Shown here piece by piece: positions 1-14,143 of a stretch of DNA of 64,000 nt. Each line of letters opens with the position of its first letter. The first letter of the stretch is position 1. Source of the DNA: Eledone cirrhosa. Its lineage: Eukaryota. The notes beneath the pieces were generated by a model, which had not been told where the DNA came from, did no database searches, and saw only the letters and a program-made list of their open reading frames with translations. Location: contig OZ024760.1 of NCBI GenBank assembly GCA_964016885.1, forward strand, positions 5,332,001 through 5,396,000, given 5' to 3'. Both the position numbers and the translations under genes were made by a program.

Positions 1-19
1 TTAAATTAGAATTACTACT

Positions 20-470
20 ACTAATAATTGTTTCTACTTTAGGCGCAAGGCCAGCAATTATCCCAGTGCATTACTGGTACTTTATTTTATCGATCCCGTA
101 AGGATGAAAGACAAAGTTGACCTCGGCAGGATTTGAACTCAGATCAGAAAGGAGCGTAACTCTGTGCTGCAAAGCATGTTGTCCGACCCTCTACCGATAC
201 TGCCAAACCACCACCTATTATTACTACTAATAATAATAATGGTTTCTACTTTAGGCACAAGGCCAGCAATTACCCAGTGTATTACTGGTACTTTATTTTA
301 TCGACCCCGTAAGGATGAAAGGCAAAGTTAACCTTGGCGGGATTTGAACTCAGAATGGCAAGGGCCGTAACTCTATGCGTCTAATGGTTTCTGGTTTAGG
401 CACAAAGCCAGCAACTTTCGAGAGGGGAAAGTCAATTTAATCGACCCCTGTGTATGACTGGTACTTGTCA
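20..470 (-). mobile_element. Tandem SINE family 2 copies
   Basis: Same consensus. Further copies at 3730-4470 (-), 13370-13520 (+), 39312-39505 (+), 46355-46640 (-), 47915-48112 (-), 48712-48915 (+), 53802-54000 (+). Confidence 0.85.
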
Positions 471-1365
471 GAAGTGGTAGAGATGGTACATTTTGATTTT
501 CAACAGAAAAAATGCCTGCATAGCATTCAGCAATAAGTTCTGCGGATTCTTCGGGATCGTCAGTAATCCAGCCTGTGTAGAAGAACAACTGGAGAGTGAG
601 GTCTCTGCTTTGAACGTACATATTTCCAGTATACTTTGCTGTCACGGTTGGTTGCTATATGCTGTTTAAATTCAAGCACTGCCTTTTTTGCCACCTGCTT
701 GAGATGGTTAGATAATCTATTACGCATTTTTCTATTAACCTCTGATCGATGTAGTTTGTATTCCTCTTCAGCATCACAACAGTCTTTTCTGGCAAGTCGG
801 ACTGCTGCAGTCTCCCAAATTGCACGTTGTGCTTACATGGTACTGGCTATCCATATTGTATTCAGGATGTTCTGAAGTATAGTGTTCACATCTCCATAGT
901 TATAAAATTCAAGCCAGTTTGGGCATTCTAGCTCAGTGCAGTAATAGTTCCAGTCTACTTTATTCCAGTCAAAGTGAGCAGTTTGGAGTTGGTTGTAGTT
1001 TTTGTTACTGCTCATAAGAGACAGATTGGCAATGATCATAGCATGATCAGTCACTCAAAGGTTCCTCAGTAGTAAGACTAATCACTGTTTCAGGAGTAGA
1101 GGTAAAAAGCAGATCCTAAGTGTCGTTACCTCTTGTGGGGGGAGGTGACTACTTGGAACCAGTTCAAATCCAGCACTAGCTCAATGAAATTATTTGCACT
1201 TTGCGACCAATGAAAGGTTTCCCAACCAATCTCAGGGTAATTGCAGTCGCTTGCAATGAAAACATAAGTGGCTGTTTTCTTGGCAGCAGTTCTGAGGATA
1301 TCAAAAAGCTGTGTGCCCTGGTGGTAATTGGGGGGGAGAGGGTGGGGGGCAAACAACTCCAAGTA
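470..1365 (-). mobile_element. Degraded LINE (CR1/L2/Jockey-group) fragment: AP endonuclease and linker
   Basis: Broken ORFs with APE-like motifs (SDCNYPEIGW, QVVTSP.R, DLLF, DHAMI). Confidence 0.7.
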
Positions 1366-1409
1366 GAAGTGTTGACATGATCATACGTATAATGCAGAAA
1401 AATACTTCT

Positions 1410-2965
1410 ACACAACAAAATATACAGACTGTACAACACACAGATATGTACAACAGACTACACAACACATACAGACGATGTACAACAGACTCACAACACA
1501 CACAGACGATGTACAACAGACTACACAACACACACAGACGATGTACAACAGACAGCACTACACACACAGACGATGTACAACAGACAGCACTACACAACAC
1601 ACACAGACGATACATTAGACAGGCAGTACAACATACAATACACAACACATTAGACAGACATACAACAGACACAATACACCCAACACACTAGACAGACAGT
1701 ACAACAGACACAATACACACTAGACAGACAGTACAACAGACACAATACACACAAGACAGACATACAACAGACACAATACACACAACACACTAGACAGACA
1801 TACAACAGACAATACACAACACACTAGACAGACATACAACAGACAATACACAACACACTAGACAGACATACAACAGACACAATACACACAACACACTAGA
1901 CAGACAGTACAACAGACACAATACACACTAGACAGACAGTACAACAGACACAATACACACAAGACAGACATACAACAGACACAATACACACAACACACTA
2001 GACAGACATACAACAGACAATACACAACACACTAGACAGACATACAACAGACAATACACAACACACTAGACAGACATACAACAGACACAATACACACAAC
2101 ACACTAGACAGACAGTACAACAGACACAATACACACTAGACAGACAGTACAACAGACACAATACACACAAGACAGACATACAACAGACACAATACACACA
2201 ACACACTAGACAGACATACAACAGACAATACACAACACACTAGACAGACATACAACAGACAATACACAACACACTAGACAGACATACAACAGACACAATA
2301 CACACAACACACTAGACAGACAGTACAACAGACACAATACACACTAGACAGACAGTACAACAGACACAATACACACAAGACAGACATACAACAGACACAA
2401 TACACACAACACACTAGACAGACAGTACAACAGACACAATACACACAAGACAGACATACAACAGACACAATACACACAACACACTAGACAGACATACAAC
2501 AGACACAATACACACAACACACTAGACAGACAGTACAACAGACACAATACACACAAGACAGACATACAACAGACACAATACACACAACACACTAGACAGA
2601 CATACAACAGACACAATACACACAACACACTAGACAGACAGTACAACAGACACAATACACACAAGACAGATATACAACAGACACAATACACACAACACAG
2701 ACATACAACAGACACAATACACACAACACACTAGACAGACATACAACAGACACAATACACACAACACACTAGACAGACAGTACAACAGACACAATACACA
2801 CAAGACAGACATACAACAGACACAATACACACAACACACTAGACAGACATACAACAGACACAATACACACAACACACTAGACAGACATACAACAGACACA
2901 ATACACACAACACACAAACAACACAATAGACAGGCAGTACAACATATAGACGATGTACAACAGAC
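1410..2965. repeat. CA-rich minisatellite (31-38-bp variants, ACAACAGACACAATACACACAACACACTAGACAGACAT)
   Basis: Direct inspection. Confidence 0.95.
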
Positions 2966-3312
2966 AAGACACCACAAACAGCTTAAAGAAAGTGTCACGT
3001 CATTGCGGTTACCTCTGTGTGGTTTATCGACCAACTAGAAACAACTACCAAATCTCCTTCAAATAACAATAACAATACCAAACTAATCACAAATAAACAA
3101 AAAAAGAAACAATTGACGTATTTAGGAATGTAGTGCAGTCTAGAAAATAAAAATACAGTATTCTCACGGCAGGAAGGAAGGCTTTTGTTTATGGGTATAC
3201 TCAAAAGGGGCTGGTTTGTGAACTTAATAAATGTTTCTAGTTTCGGCACAAGGGCAGCCTTGGGGGGAGAAAGTCGATTATTCGATTATATCGATCCCAG
3301 TACGTGACTATT

Positions 3313-3725
3313 AGCGGAGGTGCGTGACCTAGTGGTAAGGGTGTTGGACTTACGACATTATTATCGTGAGTTCGATTCCCTGAACTGGGTTGTGCGTTGT
3401 GTAGCGTTCTAGAGCAAAAACACTTCGATATTTCATGTTGCTCCAGTATACTCAACTAAACAGGAGTCCCAGCAGTAATAGCTGGGGACTTTAACCTTGT
3501 GACGGACTGGCGTCCTGTCCAGGGAGGAAGTCTTACATCCTCAGTCGATTCACGTCACAGAGATACGCACGGGCCCGATAAACCTTAGGGTTCGAGACAG
3601 ACTTTAACCCTGCGATGGACTAGCGTCTTGTCAGGAAGGAGTCTTGTACTTTCAGTCGCTTAAGGCCAAGGAAGCTGGGATAAGCATGGGCCTGGTGAGT
3701 CTCCGGTCTCGAGACAGACTTTAGA
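3313..3725 (+). mobile_element. tRNA-derived SINE family 3 with a duplicated 3' module; related minus-strand copies at 43195-43975
   Basis: TGACCTAGTGGTAAG and GAGTTCGATTCC boxes; AACCCTGCGATGGACTGGCGTCCTGTCCAGGG module repeated. Confidence 0.75.
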
Positions 3726-3729
3726 CTTG

Positions 3730-4470
3730 GATGGTACTTTATTTATTTTATTTTTTTTTTTTAAATCCTGGAAGGAAATCAATTTGGCAAAGCAGACAGA
3801 CCTCGGCGGGATTTGAAAGTAGAAAGTCGTAAATAAATAAATACCATAAAAACATTTCGTCCGACGCTCTACCGATTCTGTCAACCCACTACCCGAAATA
3901 ATAATAATGGTTTCTTATATAGGCACAAGGCCAGTAATTTTGGGGGGAGGGGAAAGTCGATAAATCGACCCCAGTGCGTGACTGGTACTTTATTTTATCG
4001 AAAACATAAGGATGAAAAGCAAAGCTAACCTCGGTGGGATTTGAACTCAGAACGCAAAGGGCCGTAACTCTATATCGCGAAGCATCTGCCGATACTGCAA
4101 TCGGAAATAATAATAATAATTTCTGATTTAGGCAGAAAGCCAGCAATATATCGTGGACAGTGGGAAATTCGATCGTATCGACCCCATTACTTTATTTTAT
4201 CGACCCTTCAATAATAAACAAGTAAATTTTGACCTTGGTGGGATTTGAACACAGAACGTAAAGAAAGAGCTAGAACAAATACTTCTAAGCCTTTCATACG
4301 ACGCTCTGCTGATTCTGCCAATCCACCGCCCTCCCTAGGGCTAAATAATGGTTTCTGATTTAGGCAAAAGGCCAGCAATTTTAACTGGAACCTTATTTTA
4401 TCGACTCTGTAAAGATGAAAGGCAAAGAATGTTGTCGGACACTCTACCGATTCTACCAATCCACCGCCCT
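3730..4470 (-). mobile_element. Cluster of about 4 SINE family 2 copies
   Basis: Same consensus, diverged. Confidence 0.8.
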
Positions 4471-5207
4471 CCCTAGGGCTAAATAATAACAAGCAACAAC
4501 CCCAAATACACGAGAAAGTTTTTATATGCAACCTACTGTAAATTAATTTCTTTAATGTGTATTTTAAATATAATACGATTAAAGGCATTTTATTGAAGAC
4601 GAAGAAATGATAAACTACGTTGTTATATTGCTATATATTATTATTGTTACAAATTGAAATAGTAAGTCCAAAGACCAAAACGAAGTAACCATTTCCTTGT
4701 TTAAGATATTGCTGTTGTTGATGGCGATGGTGGTTCTTGTTTATCCCCAAGATCAGCTCTCATTAAAGAAATCCGCTAAGATCAAAGGCATTACAGGTGT
4801 ATAACCTACTCCGTCTTCTATTCATACATGATTTATATCTAGTTCAACATTATCTTATATGCACACACTAATTTTGTGGGTGGTTTTCTGCGGTTGTTTT
4901 GTTATTTTTTTTTAAGAAAGTAGGATGAATATTTGGCTGCTATTTCTAGCATGTCAGGCAAACGATGTAGAAGCTACCCCTTGCATCTCTTTGGCTAGGT
5001 TAAGGAAATGAATAAGTATATATTAATTTAATTATATAGTCATTTAAAAAAACAAAAACATAGGTATGCCTGTTTCTGAGATCCCTTCTTTTGGGGTTCG
5101 TATTATCATGCAGTGAAAGGATTGAATTCACAGCATTAATACACAAGTTAACCACAGTATTTAAAAACAAAAATAAACAGAATACAATAAAGTTATTGAG
5201 ATCTTAC

Positions 5208-5304
5208 CGACTTTAGGTAGGACCCAAGCCCAGTTATTTCGTCCACTTCAATCGACTCCATTATGCGGCGGTGGTAATGACCGCGATCCCAAACATGTTG
5301 CTAA
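5208..5304 (-). CDS. Candidate first coding exon of an unidentified gene running left (ATG 5261: MESIEVDEITGLGSYLKS)
   Basis: Unique, GC-richer island with CAG acceptor (5305-5307), TCG|GTAAGA donor and an open frame; no recognised homology. Confidence 0.4.
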
Positions 5305-7044
5305 CTGCTTATAAATACGAGAAGTGGGTGTTTATCGAATAGAAAAAGTACCAGAATATATGTATATATAAATAAATATATATATATATATATATAGTTT
5401 ATTGGTGTGTTGCGTTTGGTTATAATTGGTACTCAATGCCAGTATAGGTCCGGTGGCCGATGTGGTATTCTACGTTTGGTATTGCACGGTAGTTGTTATC
5501 CTTAAGAAGCAGACTTGATAATAATAATGATAATATATATATATATGGATAGATAGATGTATAGAAGTGGTTGTTATGCTGGTGTTATTGACGCGAACAC
5601 TGAGTATCCAGCGTGTTTGTTTTACCAATTGAAAATATCACGAAAGTGAGTGCATGCATGCATATATAGAGAGATAGATAGATACGTAGATATATAAATA
5701 TCTCTATAAATACACTGTATGTAGTTATATAGACAGAGATATATATATGTATTGAGTGTGTGTGTATGTATATTTATAATGTGGTGGTAGTAGCAGTGGT
5801 GTACACACCTCTTAGGTGTCAGGTCTGAACTATTCAAGGTAGATAACTAACATTTCAACTTCCGCTTTGACATCGCCCGTATATAACATTACACGTTACC
5901 ATTTAGAATCGTCATAAATATAGAGATGTAGGCTTCGCTTAGAGTTGTTTCGGCATAGCAAAAACTACTTTATTGTACACGTATACACAATTTATGTAAT
6001 AAATATATACGAAAAAAAAATAGTCCTTTATTGTACTTACAAACAATTTATATCATCATCATCACCGTTTAACATCCATTTTTCCACGCTAGTATGGATT
6101 AGACGAGTTACCCCATTCTAAGACAAGTCAGATCAGATTACCATGTCTTACAAAGAACTGTTTCTAGCTTGGTTTCTACAGCTGGATGCCCTTCCTAACG
6201 CCAACCACATTTACAGTGTGAACTGGATGTCTTTTATCGTGGCACCAAAATGACCACTTTTTGAGGTGGACATGACGTTTTTTGTCGTGTTACCAACACA
6301 ACCACTTTACAGGGAGAGCTGGGTGGGTTTTTTTTATCGTGACACCAAAACGACCACTTTACAGTGTGGGCTGGGTGTTTTTTATCGTGGCACTCGTATG
6401 GCCACCTTAGAGGGACGACAACTTTACAGTGTGGACTGGGCACTATTTGTCATGTCACCAACACAACCACTTTCTGGGTGGGCGCATTTTGTTGTGTCAC
6501 CAACACAACCATTTTATAAGGTGGACTAGGCGCATTTTGTAATGTCACCAACACAACCACTCTATAATGTGAAAATGAAATACTCCTTTATTGTATATAT
6601 AAAAAAAAAGGGATAATAAAGAAGAAGGGCATTGAGAAGTACCACACGCTCAATCACGTATCACGTATAAGGGGCGCTGGAGTTTTCCAACTCTAAGAAT
6701 GTTTGAGGGCAGCCAAGACATTGGCAGCCAGCATTGCCGTGGGTAATAGATAGATAGATACATAGATAGAGAGAGAGAGGGGGGGGGGTATAAAAGAAAG
6801 GAAAACTGACAGGGTAAAAGCTAAAGAACTATAAGAGACGGGAAAAGAGGAGTGAGAATGAAAGAAAAGGAGAGTAAGAGAGAAAGAATTATAAAAAGAA
6901 GATGAAGGAGAGAGTGAGTGGGAGACAGAGTATTATATAGAGAGAGGGCGAGTGGAATACATTATAAAGAGAGAGGAAAAGCGAAAGAATTAAAGAGATG
7001 GGAGGAGAGAGTGAGAGAAAATGAATTATTAAGAGAAAACGAAG

Positions 7045-7132
<88 letters not shown>

Positions 7133-7432
7133 TAAAAAGAAGATGAAGGGGGAAAAAGACAGAGAATTATAAAGAGGGAAGCGAGTGAAAGAAAGAGAGA
7201 GGGAGAGAATAATAAAGAAACAGAGTAGAGTAGAGTGACTGAGAGAGAAAAATTATAAAGAGAGAGGAAAGGAGAGAGTGAGTGAGAGAGAAAAAATTTC
7301 AAGTTAAGAGATGAAAGTTGGGGAGAGAAACGATAGAGTAGTAGCGAGTGTAAGTATCACGTGACTGTAAGAGCAGACGACATCAATATTTATGTATATG
7401 TCTATGGGTGTATATGTATGTATATATATATT

Positions 7433-7471
<39 letters not shown>

Positions 7472-7487
7472 TACCATTATAAGAGGC

Positions 7488-7566
7488 CTGACGAGCTGTC
7501 GATTACAGAGTCGGGCTAGATCGATGCAGATCGAACCTTGAGCTGATCAGTGGCGAAACGCGCGTC
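7488..7566 (+). ncRNA. Hammerhead-like motif with long stem II
   Basis: CTGACGA-GCTGTCGATTA...TGATCAGTGGC-GAAACGCGCGTC then AATAAA; stem I poorly paired. Related copies at about 48135, 50500 (-) and 53670. Confidence 0.5.
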
Positions 7567-7771
7567 ATCAACCAATAAACGTAATGAAGGAGTAACCACT
7601 CGTCCTTGTTTTATTTTATTTTACTCTAATACACTCTGTCTAGCTCTACACCTCGACACTGAAGTGAACCTAATCATCGAGTGGTCACCCGGGTGAACCT
7701 ACAATAACTCCAAGTTACACTCCGTGGGTATATATATCTAAATTTTAATCATTTGACTTTTTATTTAGCTT

Positions 7772-7815
<44 letters not shown>

Positions 7816-7860
7816 AAGCTAAATAAAAAGTCAAATGATTAAAATTTAGCTTCGTTTATT

Positions 7861-7915
7861 ACTGCTATATATATTTCAGTGACAGCCATCTTTGGCTGTG
7901 ACCTCTTCAGGCAGT
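7861..7915 (-). ncRNA. Minimal type-I hammerhead ribozyme motif (intact)
   Basis: ACTGC-CTGAAGA-GGTCACAGCCA(AAGA)TGGCTGTCACT-GAAA-TATATA-TA-GCAGT: 5-bp stem I, long stem II, palindromic stem III, AUA triplet, followed by AATAAA. Confidence 0.8.
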
Positions 7916-7977
7916 TTGAATTAGTATGGTATAGACAAATATACATATGTTGTTGAGGTGTATAACCAACATAAACT

Positions 7978-8023
<46 letters not shown>

Positions 8024-9067
8024 ATAATAATAAATTTGAAGACTAAAATCCAAAGAGGGCTCGATAAGGATAAATATATATCAAATATATAAGAACCCTA
8101 GAGCAAATATTTATTAAAATAACAGATTAAAGTTTAAGCAAAGATCCCGTTAAGGGTGAAAGCCTTAACAGGATCTTATATAGAGAAGAAAACACAAAAA
8201 GGTATGTTTTCAATTGCAAGGGGTAGAGAACCACTAGAGTGAAAAACAAAGTCTACAAAGGATAGGAAAACAGATATTAATTAAAAGAGTAAATCAGAAT
8301 GTACAGACCAAACTTTTATAACAACAAAACACAGGGTTGACACGAGTTTTTAACTGTTTTTTCATGTGTTGTATATATATATACTCTTTTACCTGTTTCA
8401 GCCATCCGGCTGAGGCCATGCTGGGACACCGCCCTTGCTTAAACTTTAATCTGTTATTTTAATATATATATATATATATATTGGATATCATTCCAATACA
8501 AAGATCTGACGACATGGTGTGTTTGCTTGCAGTGTACCTTCGGTTTATGATAATATTTTTATATTATTCAAATAGCGAGGTATAGGTAACCCATACACTA
8601 TAGAAACAATTGTTACCTAATAAATTCTTTATACCCGCATTTCCGTTTATATATATATATATTAAAACAGCTCAAAATACAATAAACTGTACATAAAGCT
8701 ATGTATCATATTTCCTTTAAAATTTTTCCAAACAGGCATGTGTACAAAATCTTATTGTGTTAAAAATAACTTGCAGCTCGATTTCGAGTAATGCCATCGC
8801 TTGATACTTAAACATGAACATCACGGACGTGGCTTTTTTTAATCCTATTAGGGACTTGCCTATGACCAGCAATGCCATGCATCGCAAAAAATGTCACATA
8901 TCAAGCGATGCCTGTGCTTGAAGCTTTTTTAAGTGAGGAAAGGCTTTGCACGGGGCCAATCCCACTCTCTGAACATCAAATGCATTTACCTAAAAAGAAG
9001 AACTGGTCTACATCATTGGATGCAAACGAAGTCTCAGGTTTTATATCAGAGTGACCTTCTCCTAGAG

Positions 9068-9613
9068 CTGTGGTTCCCAACTTTTTATGCACCATGCTCA
9101 CCTCATCATCTAAAAAATTGTTATGTCCTCCTTTGACATGAAAACAGCAAAGTGTAAACAAATTGGTGCATAAGTAGTGCCAAATGCACAATAACATATG
9201 GAGGAGGTGGGACAGGAGTTTCTGGCAGTTGCCTTGGTGTAGGTGCTGCCAGACACACAATAACATGTGTGGAGGAGGTGAGACAGGAGTTTCTGACAGT
9301 AATGTGCACCAAAGTTGCCTAGGTATAGGTGGTGCCAAATGCACAATAATATGTGGTGGAGGAGGTGAGAGAGGAGTTTCTAACAGTGATGTCTACCAAA
9401 GTTGCCTTGATGTAGGTGCTGCCAGATACACAATAACATATGGAGGAGGTGAGACAGGAGTTTCTGACAGTAATATGCACCAAAGTTGCCTTGGTGTAAA
9501 AGTAATAAAGTAAAACCTGAGGTTTGTTCTCATTAACATCATTTTCAAATGGCCCCCTTAAATATTCAAATTGCACCCTGGGTGGGGTGTGCGTCCCACG
9601 TTGGGAATCACTG
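9068..9613. mobile_element. hAT-type MITE with 8-bp TSD and an internal ~85-bp tandem repeat
   Basis: TIRs CTGTGGTTCCCAAC / GTTGGGAATCACTG; TSD TCCTAGAG at 9060-9067 and 9614-9621. Confidence 0.85.
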
Positions 9614-10178
9614 TCCTAGAGAGATGTTTTAATGAAGACTTGGAGTCTCTCGCTCCATAAAAGAAAACAAAAACAAAACTTTATTGGATGGCCGTTAACA
9701 GCTCTGCGTCGGGGTTAAACATTTTCCTATTACCCACTCTACTACCATAAGTATTCTGGTGCATTATGGTCCATCTGGTTCCTTACCACACCTCCTTCGT
9801 TATAACCTGATTAGTTCTATCGTTGCTCTGGTATATATTGTGTGTTAGTTTAGCCTACCACAATGTTCGATTTGTCAAGCTATTTAAACGTATGTTATTA
9901 CTCTAAGGTCCTATCTTATCGAGTGCTTTGCTAACTCATCATTTCATATAAGTAGGCCGAATTCACTTGCAAACCGCCAGAGATTCGATTTTACTGATTT
10001 CCAGCTACATATATATATATAAACAATTAGTTAAAGACTTAGTTGATATGTAATCAACTGAATTGTGTGTGTAACAGGTACGAAGCACTCCGCAAATATC
10101 ATTTATCTGGAGTATTATGATAATAATAGTAATAAACGAAAGATATATACTTTATATCGTCACTATTTATTTCATGTG

Positions 10179-10211
<33 letters not shown>

Positions 10212-10341
10212 TAGAAGGGGTATTTAATTTGTTGGAAGTCCGACAAATATAAATGTTTATAACTGATTTAGAGCACTCATTTACTGGAGTAAATATTCAA
10301 TGATATTAAATAAATGGAAACTATATTTATAAAACCATATT

Positions 10342-10406
10342 TATTTTATTATATATATTTCAAGGGCAACCAAGACAACATTGGTGCGCTTTCATCAGAT
10401 AAAATA
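10342..10406 (-). ncRNA. Minimal hammerhead ribozyme motif
   Basis: TATTTTAT-CTGATGA-AAGCGCACCAA..TTGGTTGCCCTT-GAAA-TATATA-TA-ATAAAATA. Confidence 0.7.
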
Positions 10407-10774
10407 CAAAGTTTATTTTATAAATAGAGACATACCCATGAAAATCATAACTTATCGGTTGGAAATTCACTGGATAGTGGAAATATATTAGGGATTATTG
10501 AAACTTATGTGTGAATATGCAAATGAAAGTGTGAATATGCAAATGTGTGAATATGTAAATAATTTAATATCATTGTATATATATATATATTGTTATACTT
10601 TGGGGGGGTCATGCTGCCAATAAAAACACACATATCTGTTGGTTTTCACTTCAATTTATTATGTTTCCGGTTGTTTGGTTCGATAACCGGAAGGTTGTTT
10701 ATATATTGTCAAAGCTCTTTCGTCACACATTCTGTTACCTCCTCATTGACTAGGTTTTTATTTTGTGTCTCCCC

Positions 10775-10821
10775 TTGTCACTGAGGAGGTCACGGAATGT
10801 ATTACGAAAGCGCTTTGACAA
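10775..10821 (+). ncRNA. Minimal hammerhead motif in a PLE pLTR; degenerate inverted partner at 10707-10750
   Basis: TTGTCA-CTGAGGA-GGTCAC..-GAAAGCGCTT-TGACAA: 6-bp stem I, palindromic stem III, stem II partly mutated. Confidence 0.65.
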
Positions 10822-11811
10822 TATGTAAACATCCTTCCGGTTATCGAACCAACCGGAAACTTATAATAAATTGAATTAAAATGCAACAGGTGCGTGTGTT
10901 TTTATTGGCAACATGACCCTCCCAAAGTATAACAATATCAGTTTCAACACACGTTTTCTGATAAGAGACCTCGCAAAACAAATTAAAATACCAATTATAT
11001 ATATATATATAAGGAACGATCGACTTTTTGGACAAATCGGACCGAGGGAACAATGTTTCCGTTGGTCTTTCCAATTGCTAATACTATCTATCGGTCGCAA
11101 CTCCAGGTAGAAGGAGCAACGTGAAATAAAGTGTCTTGCTCAAGGACATAACGCATCACCTGGTCTAGGAATCGAACTCACAACCTTACGATTGCGAATC
11201 CAATTTCCCAACCACTCAGCCACAGTGAAAAAATGGGGAGAAGAAAACTGCAGGTTGCACATGGATAACATGTTATAAAATGAGTCCCTCATCAGTGATT
11301 TGCCAACGATCATAGATATTTCATTGCATTAAAAATCATATACCTCACGTTGGTGCAATAATAACTAAATTAAGTTATTAGGACAATTAAAACGCGTAAA
11401 GCGAGTGAGACAAGTAACAACAAAGGGGAAAGCTAACCGTAGATAGGAAGGGCACAAGCTACATAGTTATTCTGTCAGCATAAGCTAGATGAATATATGA
11501 GCGCGTATATATAAAACATGAGAAGAAAGAAGAATACTGCGTGGTTGCACATGGGTTACATATGATAAAAATAGTCGTTCGTCAGTGATTTTCCAACCAT
11601 CATTGGTATTTCATCGCATTAAAAATCATATACCTCAGATTGGTGCGAGCAATAACTAAAAAAAGTTATTGGGACCAGTAAATCGCGTAAAGCGAGGGGG
11701 ACAAATAAACAACATATATATATATATATATATACCAAACCAGCTTCGTACATAACGGTTGGTCAATATTTATGGTACGTCAAAATTATTTATAAAACTG
11801 TTTATATATTG

Positions 11812-11877
11812 TATTTTATCTGAAGAAGGCATGCCATATTTTTAATATGGTATCCCCGAAATATGTATAATGAAATA
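11812..11877 (+). ncRNA. Minimal hammerhead ribozyme motif
   Basis: TATTTTAT-CTGAAGA-AGGCATGCCATATT(TTT)AATATGGTATCCCC-GAAATATGTATA-ATGAAATA. Confidence 0.7.
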
Positions 11878-11917
11878 AATATGGTTTTATAAATATAGTT
11901 TCCATTTGTTTAATATC

Positions 11918-11949
<32 letters not shown>

Positions 11950-12086
11950 TGGGTCATTAAATATGAAATTTGTAGAAATTTGTTGTGTTTTTCTACAAAT
12001 TCCCACAAATTTCATACTTGACGACGACCCAATATATGCGTGTGTGTGTGTGAATTATGTATGTTGATGTATGAGTGAGCGTAATG

Positions 12087-12117
<31 letters not shown>

Positions 12118-12134
12118 ATTCATATATATATATG

Positions 12135-12166
<32 letters not shown>

Positions 12167-12319
12167 CGCTCCTGTCCAACTCATATAAGCATGTAATGAA
12201 GAGGACATAAAGCGATGGTGATGATAACGATGACGATATGTTCTGAGTGCCTGTGAGATGACAAACTCGATAACAGAACCTATTACGGTGCTTCAGCTAT
12301 TGTCATATATATCAACGGT

Positions 12320-13055
12320 GGTTCTCTCTCTCTCTCTCTCTTTCTCTCTATCTTTGTCTGTCCTTCTCTTCCCCATATCTCTCTCTCTCTCTCTCCTCTC
12401 GTCCCCCTCTCTCTATCTTTACCTGTCCTTCTCTTCCCCATCTCTCTCTCTCTCTCTCCTCTCGTCCCCCTCTCTCTATCTTTACCTGTCCTTCTCTTCC
12501 CCATCTCTCTCTCTCTCTCTCTTTTCGTCCCCCTCTCTCTATCTTTACCTGTCCTTCTCGTCCCCGTCTCTTTCTCTCTCTCTCTCCTCTCTCTATCTTT
12601 GCCTGTCCTTCTCTTCCCCATCTCTCTCTCTCTCCTCTCATCCCCCTCTCTCTATCTTAACCTGTCGTTCTCTTCCCCGTCTCTCTCTCTCTCTCTCTCC
12701 TCTCATCCTCCTCTCTCTATCTTTGCCTGTCCTTCTCTTCCCAATCTCTCTCTCTCTCTCTCTTTCTCTCAGTATCTTTCTCCTTCCTACTCTCTTTATC
12801 TTTTCCTGTACTTCTCTCACTCTTTCTTTCGCCTTCTCCCCTCCACTCCTTCTCTTCCCCTCGTCTCTCTTAGTCTTTCTCCTTCTCCTCTTACGCTTCT
12901 CTCGCTTTCTCTCCTCCATCACTCACTCTCTTTCTCCCTTTTCCCGTCCCTCACTTCTCCCCCCCCCCCTCTATCTCTTTCTCTCCACCCTCTTTCACTT
13001 TTTTGCTTATTCTTCTCTCTCTCTCTCTCTCTCGCCCTCTCATACACTCTCTCCC
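12320..13055. repeat. Polypyrimidine CT-rich region with ~60-bp higher-order repeats
   Basis: Direct inspection. A purine-rich counterpart with (GA)n lies at 6770-7330. Confidence 0.9.
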
Positions 13056-13156
13056 TGATGACAAGATAAGAGAAATTATTACAAGCAACCTTCTGATCAT
13101 CAATCGTTCTATCACATATTTATCAGTCATCGGGTGTATATATACATCTGTATATA

Positions 13157-13201
<45 letters not shown>

Positions 13202-13939
13202 GTTGAGAGATGTTGGGATTTTATCAAAAACATTCAGAGCTGTCAAAACATTTTATCTAAAACTACTTCGGAGCCTTCACAAAACTACGGATGAACTGAG
13301 GCACCATAAATTCCTTATTTAAATACGAATTGGTGTGACGTGTCGTGTGATTGTTGTTCAGCCCCAGGTTTCCAGCATCTGAGTTACGTCCCTTTACGGA
13401 CTGAGTTCAAATCCCGCCGAAGGTTAACTTTGTCTTTCATTCTTTCGGGGTCGATAAAATAAAGTACCAGTAATGTACTGAGTTTTTGCTGGCCTTGTGC
13501 CAAAAGTAGAAACAATTATATATATATGTATATGTGTGAATATAAAAAATAAAAAACAAAAAAACATTTATGCTTTCATATATTTTTAAATCTGTATATC
13601 TGTTTGACCCGAAATAGGAGATCGAATCTTCGCTGTGTGGATAATTAGTTTAACCACCATCTCAGTGTGTTTGGCCTTTAACGTAAGTTGTAATCTCTAA
13701 GCTCTAATTCTTTTGAATTATTGAGCCTCACAATTCGAAAGTGTTTTTTCGTTATTTCATAGGCTGAAATTCGATCCTCGCTAATTTTTACTTGTATATA
13801 TATATATATGCAAAAGTTTTATATAAAATTGTTGGGTTACAACAAGTAAATATTTTATAACTGATATAAAACACTCGACAAGTTTTGGAGTAGATATACG
13901 ATATTAAACAAATGGAAACTATATTTATAAAACCATATT

Positions 13940-14005
13940 TATTTCATTATACATATTTCGGGGATACCATATTAAAAATATGGCATGCCTTCATCAGATA
14001 AAATA
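13940..14005 (-). ncRNA. Minimal hammerhead motif (left arm of palindrome)
   Basis: Reverse complement of 14144-14209. Confidence 0.7.
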
Positions 14006-14143
14006 CAATATATAAACATTTTATAAATAATTTTGACGTACCATAAATATTGACCAACCGTTATGTAAAAAGCTGGCTTTTTACATAACGGTTGGTCAAT
14101 ATTTATGGTACGTCAAAATTATTTATAAAATGTTTATATATTG

